This document shows positions 53,724-64,000 of a stretch of 64,000 bases of DNA, in pieces. This DNA comes from Octopus sinensis (lineage: Eukaryota). Position 1 is the stretch's first letter, and every line of letters starts with the position of its first letter. A program made the position numbers and the translations under genes. The DNA is taken from positions 19,046,464 to 19,110,463 of the forward strand of contig NC_043011.1 of the NCBI RefSeq assembly GCF_006345805.1, in the 5' to 3' direction. The notes beneath the pieces are model-generated. The model was not told where the DNA came from and made no database searches. It saw only the letters and a program-made list of their open reading frames with translations.

Positions 53724-55677
53724 AATAATATATATATATATATATATATATACACGTGTATGTGTGTGCGCGCCTGCATGTGTGTGAGTATGTGTGTATG
53801 TTTGTGAGTTTAGGGCATTTATTATGTGGCGGATACCGTGCTAGCTATCTGTTATATTCCAGGTTGCAACTTACCACATCGATTAGTATTTAACGTCTGT
53901 TACTATTAGCAGTTGTCACTCTTGCTGTAGATTCCTCCGATTGCTAATCCCATGTTCGCTTCGATCGATGGTAGTATTATCTGGAGTGTATATTTGCAAT
54001 AATTATAACGATAGAGAATGGAGAATGGGATATCCTCAAAAATTATTTCCTTCTATTTTACAATGTCATACACCATATTTATGTCGCTACGACGATCTGC
54101 ACGACCACAGATAGATGGGAAAGGAAAGATAGAAGCACCTGTCCTGAGCTCCCTAACTACGTACCTTTATTCTTAACTGACCAAGTATATATTACAAGCA
54201 CAACAATATAAGTGTTCTTACCATCGTTGTATATTACATATTCTCGCTGGCAATACAAAAACAGTATAAAGTAATATATAATGTATTCTAATCTTTCTGA
54301 TAATTCTGAAAATCACATGAAAGGATACTTGTAATTGATACCAGATTCGTATAGAAAATATTGCGTTCATTCTTATCAAGAAGTTCTTTGCAGCCTGACT
54401 GTTAAAGCAATGATTTATAGCTTGTTCCTTTATCATGAAGAATACCTTAGGTCTGGAATTCGACGTTGGCGAGTAACAAACCGATCCCTGTTTGTTTGTT
54501 TGGGAGTATTCAATTAATAGTAAATGTTTACCGATAAAGGAACTTCAGGTTCCAAAGTTGCGTGTTTTATTTTGTCATAAGTAGAGCTCAGAACATGGTA
54601 TGAATATTATACCTTATACTGATGGTTTCCTCCTTAAAAGACCGACGATAATAATGCTTTTTAAAGAAAGATATGATGTTACGGCAAATGTATCTCACAA
54701 GATGTAAATAATATAATATGGTATAGCATTACTTCGAATTTTAGTATTGTTTTTCTCTTATTGTCTTTTATTATATGCGGCAAGAAAGGATAAGTAAAAT
54801 ATTAAACAAAATTCCAATAGCTGATCAATGTGGATGAATATGTTGTTAAAATATTCTCCGTAAATATCATTGGCGCGCTTTTTTCTGCGAAAATCTTTTT
54901 AACGAATTGTTCCACTATTTTAACATTCTATATACCCTGAATATTTATACAATGATAGGCATAGGCAGACTAAAAGATACCGAGATAGATACTATATATA
55001 TATGTGTGTGTGTGTACGTATGCATATAAATATATATATATATATATAAGTTTATATATTTGTTTTGAAAGATTTTTGATGTGAAATCGTCTGTTGTATT
55101 TAGGAAAGGTAATTTTGCCAGGTTAGCCAATAAAAACACGCACACTGTATATTTGGTGTTATTTTGCTTCAGCGTTATTTATTTTTTTACATTAATCTTA
55201 ATCTTCTTTCGGCCAGAGTTCTTTCGTCACACTCCTATGACCGCATCAGTGGTCCTTTGCTTTCTTCTTTCTTATTTGTATGTCTCTCTGTACTAACGGT
55301 CAGCCATCACATCTTTATTAAAAATAAAAATACCGGTACATTAAAGAAGTTTCATTGTATCAAAACATGTCATTTAACAAACTCCAGAAACTGTTGATAT
55401 TCTTGAAATTGTGTCTCGTATCAAAGTTATACAGGTATTATTATATTATCATTCATGAAAATAGAGGTGAGAGAGAATGACAAAGTGTTGCAAATGATTA
55501 CGTAAAATATTGCCTGCAACGAATTAATACTATTTGTTATTAAACATTATAATCTACTCCACAGTGAAAACAATGAATATTTAGTTTTATGAAAAATTGG
55601 ACGCAGTGAATTCAATGAATATTTAAATTTACGAGAATTTGGTGTTAAAAAAATTCACTCCCCCAATAGTAGAAGCG

Positions 55678-55679
<2 letters not shown>

Positions 55680-55729
<50 letters not shown>

Positions 55730-56388
55730 TATTATTATTATTATCTTCTTTCTATTATGCTTCCATTTCTTGCCGAGTATCTTCCCAACCATTCAAATAA
55801 ACCATTCAAATAAACACACCGTGTTGTTAATTCACAAAGTCGTGTGATAGAAAAAGAAGGGGAAGAAAGAAAGAAAGACAAAGGAAAGAAGGAAAATAGA
55901 AAGAAATGAAGACCAAAACAAATCAAGTAAATTGGGAAAAGGAAAGAAAATTCACAGCGACATTGCTCTTCTCAATACATGTGAATGGATGGTAAACCAG
56001 AGAGTATCTTCTTAATAGTTTGTGTCCGAAATTGATGTTCTTTTCCTCTTTTGTTCCTTCCAAGTTATCTTGCAATCACTGCTGTTGTAACTGTCTTGAG
56101 AGGACGTATTTTTTCCGATTTCAATCAGCAAATCTTTACATTTTCTGAGCTCATCAAATTCTTTTGCCGAGATATTATGATCACAAGTTATGGCCATGTC
56201 TCTCAATAAATATGTTTTATTGTTTGGTCTTTCATAACAATATCTGGTTTATTAGCTTTGATGCTCACGTCTGTATGTACTGGAAAGTCCCAAGGAATCG
56301 TTACATTTTCTCCCTTAGTTATAGCCTCAGGGTGACGCTGATGCCATTTGTCAAGAGATTTGATTTTATGAATTACTATTATTGATAT
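55680..56388 (-). mobile_element. Decayed R4/Dong-like 3' fragment with a (TAA)n tail
   Basis: KWHQRHPEAITKGENVTIPWDFPVHTD.SIKANKPDIV; CDHNISAKEFD.LRK.KDLLIEI. The 3' UTR motif gggaaga.ac.cggcaagaaatggaagc is shared with 33578-33604. Confidence 0.85.
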
Positions 56389-56734
56389 ACAATTGTAGCG
56401 TGGAAGGTGTTTATAAGCCATTTAAGAAACATGCAAAAGCCGTTCGATTCACTTCAACATTTAAGTTTAATTTGTCAAAATATTTTTGACGCTAAAATCC
56501 GCGACCTGTTCACTGACAAAAATGCACGTCAGATGCAGCACGGATTTTTGTCAGTGAACAGGTCGCGGATTTTAGCGACGAAAATATTTTGACAAATTAA
56601 ACTTAAATGTTGAAGTGAATCGAACGGCTTTTGTGTGTTTCTTAAATGGCTATAAACATCTTCCACGCTGCAATTGTTTTCGTTTCAGCACACGATCTCA
56701 GATCAAATTACTTGCTATGCGAGTACATCTCCGT
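56389..56734 (+). mobile_element. Palindromic (inverted pLTR-type) insertion: arms 56389-56523 and 56544-56677, 20-nt spacer, ~57-nt 3' tail
   Basis: The arms are near-perfect reverse complements and each contains an HHR-like motif. Confidence 0.75.
56547..56596 (+). ncRNA. Variant minimal hammerhead ribozyme with a G3:C8 core
   Basis: tttgtca-GTGAACA-g-gtcgc ggatttta gcgac-GAA-A atat T-T-tgacaaa: perfect 7-bp stem I, 5-bp stem II, palindromic stem III AATATT. Confidence 0.65.
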
Positions 56735-59700
56735 AATATTATTAATATAATTGTTCCACAATAGTTTCAGGCAAATTTCTACTGCATCACCTGATACACC
56801 TACGTGTTGTTGGAGTGTGTTGCATTGCATGTTCTTTCCTGTTGTTGGGAGTGTGCAAATTCTCCCGATATTGTATTGTGTCAGCTGTATTCTCTTCGAG
56901 TGCGTTGCAGATGTTTGTTATATTTGCTGCATATATTGTGCGTTGGTTAATTGAGTTGCTCATGGAAGTTTATTTTACTGGATAATTGCTGTACTGAGCG
57001 TGTTTTGTGTTTGTGGGTTGTTTTGCCTCTTATTAGTCGGAGGCGTTGAGGTGGAGATGCGTGCCAGCCTAAAATACTCTTAGCGGTCGGTGTGACCAGT
57101 GGATGTGAGGTTCTTTTGTCTCATTGGATGACTTTTTTTATTTAAATCTTTTTAATTGTTATTGTTTTCTTGTGTACATGCAATTTTGAACTAAGCTCCA
57201 CATATCACTTGCTTTATATTGCCCTTTTTGCTTTGTATTCGACACCTGTGATCGATAAAGTAAATATTGTATATTATCATTATCATTATCATCATCAGAA
57301 GCAACAGCAGCAGCAGTAATAGCAGTACGATGGGGGAGGTTGAAGAGGAATGGTGGAGGTGGAGGAAGGGAAGCGAAAGGTGGAGGTGGAGGAGGGAGGA
57401 GGGGGAGGAGGGGAGGGAGAGGAAGAGAGAGGGTGGGAGGAGGGAGTGAGTGGAAGTGGAGGAGGAATGTATAACGTCCCTAATTGTTATGTGGCAGATG
57501 AACCATTAGGGAATATATTTGAACTAGGATGATCAGCAGAAAAAGTTACGTACAAATATGTGTGTGCTTTCATATTTCGAACATTTTCCACATGCCTTAT
57601 TTTACATTTAATGCACAACTGTTTTGATACAAACTGTATTAGTAATACAATGATCCACTTCTACGTAGCCTTGTGCCAACATTTCATATCAATTTTCTCA
57701 CACATATCCATATGACACGATTTGTGGTCAAGTACCTGCATTCGCATCTTTTGTATCAGTTATTTATTTTGTCTCCTCTGGGCTCTCTTTTTTTATAGCA
57801 ATTTCTCTGTAGACATTAAATGATGTTGCCAAGTAGATTGCGATATATCTATTTTTTGTGTTGTGAAAATTTAGATACGTTTGTTTGACATCTGTCTCAA
57901 ATGAGAACTTTATAACTTACGGATATTTATAAGTACATCATCCATTTATAATTGGTTTTCGTGACAAAAGCAAATCAACGGGTGTCTTATATATTATATG
58001 TTGATATCAAAAAATATCATTTACAACATTAATGAGATTAGCTGAGCATTTCTTCTATAAGACATATTTTTCTTAACCAGCATGTGGATGTAAAACATGT
58101 CTAAATACATATAAATAAGACGCAAATTCATAAATTTCATGCAGCATTTTGTTTTACTACACATTTATGGGTTAATATCTTTGTTTTAAATGAAATATTA
58201 CTAAGAGCAAGGCGAACTATATCACCGTAATGTACTTTTTATATTTCCCTATTTCTGTTTAGGCCAATAATGATGTGATTAATCTTTACAGGATATTAAT
58301 GGAATGATTAAAATTACATAATACTTCATCTGAGAAAGCGATGTCGCAGTTTTATATTTGCTATAGTAGATTAGTTAAAGATACTCTCAAAAGAAAATAA
58401 AAAAATTAAGCATCGAATAAAAGAAAATGTCTGTGCATTCTCTTTGTGTATATTTTTATCATGTGCTTTTACAGATTACTTCAATACAAATAGCAATAAT
58501 ACTTTGATTATTGAATACAAGTGTGTTATATATTCATTAAAGGATATGCATTCTGTTATTGTTACTTTTATTATAGTCGCTATTCTTTCCAAATCTCCAG
58601 AAGGAAAGGAATGACATATGTCTAATATATCCACATTTCCTCGTTAATCATGGTACAACTACGATAAAAAATTTAGAACATTCTATTTTATATCAATCCA
58701 AAAGAAAGAAATATGATACGCTACAAAAGCACGTACAAATATACACATGTATTTATATGCGTGTGTATGTGTGTATGTATTATGTGTGTGGGCATTAATT
58801 CCCAATATTATGTGTAAATAACATTTCAAAATTATATCTTTTCTATTTTTACTTTTTTAATATCATAAAGCCTTTTCGATCGATGTATAGAAATATTTGC
58901 AACGTCAACGTTCCTTCAACAAAATTTCATAATGTATTCAAAATGAATTTTATGTACTTTGGGCTATATATTTGATTTCCGAAGCAAAGCAGAGACTTAC
59001 ATTTCAAAATGAAGCCACATGCAACAGAAAAGGAAATGGAATTAATAATTCAAAAAACGTTTCACAACTGCATATCGTTATATAACTGCTCCGTTTTAAA
59101 ATATTTTTTAGATAATTAAACTTTAATGTAATCATTTGACTGCAAGCATATGCAGTCAAATGGTTTCTCCAACACAGTGTTCCATAAAGCGGCTTCTTCA
59201 GGCTAACAAGACCTACAGGAAATTTTTGTCGTAAGAGGAAGATTGAAACTACAAATATCCATGCAACAATGCTCTTCAGATTTAGGTATAATAAATTGCT
59301 TAAAAATACTAAACTCGAGCAAAATAAAATGGGTGAGAAATATTCAACCTCAAGACAGGTTCCAGTGATTAAAACATAAAGCAACATTATCATCCTTCAC
59401 AACGTCTCAGCAACAGTTGACTGCATATGTAAATGCAACTCTCACGAAGTAAGAACCTTTTTAATAATCAGTTTCTGTTTCTCTTGTAAACGAAAAGGAT
59501 TGGATAAGCCATACACATACGAGGGGTTTTAGACGTAGTGGCCCTATCAGTGTGCAACCAAATGGTTCTGTGGTCGTTAAACATGCAAGGATATTTACTG
59601 ATACTTCATAATACGTTTACATTCTACATTTAGTATATATACAATATATACAACAGAAGTGATATTTAATTGTCACAAAAGAACACCTATCTAGAATTGA

Positions 59701-60545
59701 AGCATTTCAAAATGTAATGTGGCAACATTAATTGCGTTAATAATACATACATATATACAGAAATACATCGTATGCATAAATATATATGTATATGCTGGAG
59801 AAGAGAAATAACCTAGAAATCGTGATACACAAATACTGTATGGGGCTGGACATAGATAATGTGTCGGTATAGCCAGCTGCAGACGATTATTCCTGGGGCT
59901 ACATAAGAGTACCATTTGACTACAACATTATGTTGGCAAATAATCTTTATTCTAGGGTACTGTCATTGAGATTTACAAATAGAAATTTTGTATTTCATAA
60001 TATGTAACTGTGTGTCACTTATAATGAAATTTAATTATAATTATCATTATAAATAAATTAAATTTATTACATATTACCATTCCTCTCAATTCAAAAACAA
60101 GAACACCTCAGAAAGGTAGTATCAGAAGTAAATTACGTTGTTACAGAAGACTATATGGAGTCACATAATTCTTTCGGATATTCATAAACTGATTATGAAA
60201 GATGAAGTATAACATACGTAGGTGGTGTTTAGTCTAGTTGTGCATGGATTAGAATTTTATACATTTGACATCACTTCTCCATCTTTAATTGCTTGTTGAG
60301 ATTATATAGGATACGTGTTCCATAAATGTTCACAACACACCTTATACTTGTAATAATTTTCATATTTAAAAAAATACTTACAATAAGCTACCAATTTAAT
60401 ATGAAGAAATTTATTAGGAATTAAGTTTGGACCCACCCCATGAAGTAAAAGGATGAAAGTGAACTCAACCTTTATCATATATATTCATATATATATATAT
60501 ATAAGTGCGTGTGTGTGTGTGTGTGTGAACATATATATGTATGTA

Positions 60546-60605
<60 letters not shown>

Positions 60606-61149
60606 ATATATTCTAGATAGAGAGACAGATAGACATATAGATAGATAGAGAGACAGACAGAGAGAGTTAGATAGATAGACATATATGTATACTTGTTTAT
60701 TTTTTATTTCGTGCGCCATTTCTGACATTTCGGTGACATTCCCTCTCATACGAAGAGTAATCAAACTTTGCTTTTGGATTTTCAGATGGCGACGAAAGAA
60801 CTTTGACCTGCAAACAACGATTGATAGTTTAAACAACACATCAAGGCAACAATCGATTAGTGAGTTTGTTAGGCATTCAATCAACTGACTAACAATAAAG
60901 ACGAATGTGCGTGTGTCATTATTATTGGCGTCATGGTTCTTCCGCTGTACAACATTGTATATATATATATATATATATATAAACATGAAAGTATCCTTTT
61001 CAAAACTTCCCATTAGCTAACACCGAAGGCAGAACAAATTTAAGTTCTCACCAATAGATTCAGTAGAGAATGCTTCAATATAATTATTTGGTCTAAGTGT
61101 TCAAGAATAAGGGATAATAAGAATGGCATTCTAATATTTCTTTCCACTG

Positions 61150-61512
61150 AAGCAGTGAGACGTCAGAGACGTTACGGCGCTGGTTAAAATGTTAGCGACA
61201 TTTCGACCGTCTTTACATAGTGAGTTCAAAATCCGCCGAGTCCGTTTCCACTGTTGGTCCTTTCTGAATTGATAAAATAAATACCAGTGGAAGAATGGGG
61301 TTGATGTAAGCGGTGTACTCCCTAACTTACCGTCCTTCTGCCAGAATTTAACACCAATATCCTTGAAAGTTTTGCAGGAGTGTACAAGTCGATTACATCA
61401 ACCAAAGTTCTTATCTAGTACTTATTTCAGCGACCACGAATGTATCCAAAGCCAAATGGACTTCGGCGAAATTTGAACTTAGTACGTGATGATGGAAAAA
61501 ATTCTGCTAAGC
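61150..61512. mobile_element. Two decayed SINE copies, tail to tail (same family as 24685)
   Basis: Plus-strand copy: aaatg.ttagcg.catttcg..gagttcaaa.tccgccgag..gataaaataaatacc. Minus-strand copy: tacttattt..cggcgaaatttgaact..gctaagca. Confidence 0.55.
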
Positions 61513-64000
61513 AAAATACAACGTGTCACCTTATATTGAAGTGGTACACCACAACAAGCTAAAACATGTAAAATATTTTCTCTTCTTTGAATCTATCAAC
61601 GGCTATTAGAACAGTCGTAGATTAATACAAAAAATGTCAAATAAACGTTATGTATGAAGTCCACTCGTAACCATACTCAATTGTTTTCCGTAATCTACAG
61701 CAGTACTATCTCTAACAGAATTTACAGTACATTCGTTGAACAACATATTCTACATCATTCATTAATACAGGTGGAGCAAAGTTAATATCAATCGAAATAC
61801 ATCTCTACATCATACAACTAACTAAATAAAATAGATTTGGGGAAAACAAAAATTACGAAACTATTTGCTACTAGCATGAAATATAATACGTGACAATGCA
61901 AAGTCTGTTCGAATGCCGAAAAAATAATAATACTTTCATTGTAATTTATAAAACATCCTTGTGCAACATGAATATATATAATCTTCTGGAGATATCTATT
62001 GCTAAGATTTTTTTTTTAATATTTTTTTTTTCATTTTCTTAGTGTTACAACAGGTCGTTTCTATCTCTAATAGTTTGTCTGCAATCTGATCCGTTTTCGT
62101 ATCCGGTTTCGTATCGTATGGGAATAAAACACCTAAAGTGACCAAATTCATTGCGTAGGAAGGCTAAGATCAAAATTTTGTTTTGTCATATTTATCGACG
62201 CCAATTCTAGAGAAAACTTTGGGGAAAGTAACGTGAACAATTTATTTTGATTCACGTCATGCTCATTTGTTGTGATCAATGTGATCGTTGTTGTAGATAG
62301 ACATGTAGATGTTATTCGCATTTTGAAACCTTGATATCACATATCATAATGAGTACGAGTAGGACAAACCACTCTATAGTTTCATTGCGTCATTACAGAT
62401 GTCTTTGTAAATGGCTTTGCCTAATTTGAAATGCATTTTCATACAAACACAATACTATGTCATTCTTACTTTAATTTCCTACAAATAGACAATTGCACTA
62501 CGCTGATGTTCTCTTTATCCGGAAGCGACCAATGAATATATGACGTAGCATGATGTAGCTCTTTCTCAGGCACTATATACCAGTCACGATTACGAACAAC
62601 TGGCCTCTTAACTACCCACTATAAAGTAGGGCAACGCTTTGTACAGACCTCATATTATAGAGTAATTTACATCGTTAACAATAGCAAGATGCTTTATAGC
62701 ATACCATACATGACTGTAATAATCGTAGATAAAATACCAAGCTACAGCATTAGGCAACTGCACTTATCGGACACTTACGCGCATTAAACATTCTGAAGCC
62801 CTATGCATTATAAATAGACGTTCAGGAAATTTTCATTTTCTTCTACCTTACAGAAATGTTACCCTCAAAAACAAGTGCGGGAATCTTAATTCTAAAATGC
62901 TACTCCTCCAACCAAAATCACAAATATTAGACTTCACAAACGTAATAGGGTTCACGATGCTCAATAGCACCTAAAAATACCCATGGTAATACATTATTGA
63001 AGGTAGGCAAAGTATATTCAGTCTAAATTATCAACAAAGGCTGTAGTAAAGCAACATCACATACACGCATCACAAACATCAGTTTCCATTTTTAACATAT
63101 AAAGATTCAATGATATATGGCATTACTAACTCAAACATGATCCGCTTAAATCCCAGCAGATCCCCTCCCAAGAAATCTACCCTAACACCACTCATGTATC
63201 TCAGAAATAATGTAAATAATGACTTTAACAAAATAATGGTGTTCATAATCGTATTATTAACTATCTGGTATTAGTTAATTTTTTTTATATTTCAAATCAG
63301 TGACATGTACGCAAGCTCACGTATATTCTGAAGAAGAGAAGGGCCTATGATTGAAGAGATAGTGAATTGATGAAGGCTGCTGCAGATTTGGACAGCACCA
63401 AAAACAGAAACTACTGGCACAATTATAAGTAGAATTAATATGAAAATTTATATTTATAATGATATATACCAGTACCACCATTTCTAAATATGATAGGCGA
63501 AATGATGGACCGCTGTCACGATGTGTTCGATACATAGCTGCACATGTGTGTGCCGATCGAGACAGTTGTTATGCATCAAAGTCCCGACTCACCACGCCAT
63601 AACATTATGAAGGTGGCTCTCAGAATGCAAGGAAACAGAAGCTGAACGGCGACTAATTAATCGACACTCTAACGGTCTCGCTATTCCTCAGGCATGATTT
63701 TCTACTATATGTCCCAGAGACAGCTAAGGAAAAGGAGAAAAAAAGAGATTCCGGTTGGACTTCAGAATAAAGCGCAGACTCTAAACAAATCACGCAAATT
63801 TACTATTCAACAATTAAATTGCATCTGTAAAAATTAAAGCATTTTTACGAGATAAAATACCTAAATATATTTTTGTGCATCATTCTATTTAACTTTAAAA
63901 CAATTATACGGTGTCAGCCAAAACAAATATGCATTTGATTTTTGTATTCATACGATAATTTAGAGAAACCGCATGATAAAATATGATCCGTACGAAGTAA

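Noticed and set aside
59004-59393. 129-aa minus-strand ORF with a vague piggyBac-like resemblance
   Set aside because: No convincing catalytic motifs, TIRs or TTAA ends.

Overview
AT-rich, microsatellite-dense eukaryotic DNA, most likely cephalopod (Octopus-like, inferred from the tRNA-derived SINE families and the repeat landscape). I could not identify a host protein-coding gene. The only long intact ORF (15705-17528) is the RT + GIY-YIG ORF of a Penelope-like element (PLE), probably of the Hydra-type clade. This element sits in (TA)n, has a 520-bp inverted 5' pseudo-LTR, and carries a minimal hammerhead ribozyme (HHR) in each arm. The rest of the window holds decayed Helitron Rep/PIF1 sequence, non-autonomous Helitron and Helentron-like elements, R4/Dong-like retroelement fragments in (TAA)n, CR1-, RTE- and Tx1-like LINE fragments, and many SINEs. 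The most notable pattern is at least four unrelated short elements carrying minimal type I HHR motifs. One of these, inside a ~290-bp palindrome at 56389-56677, has a compensated G3:C8 catalytic core instead of the usual C3:G8. All alignments and folds were done by eye.
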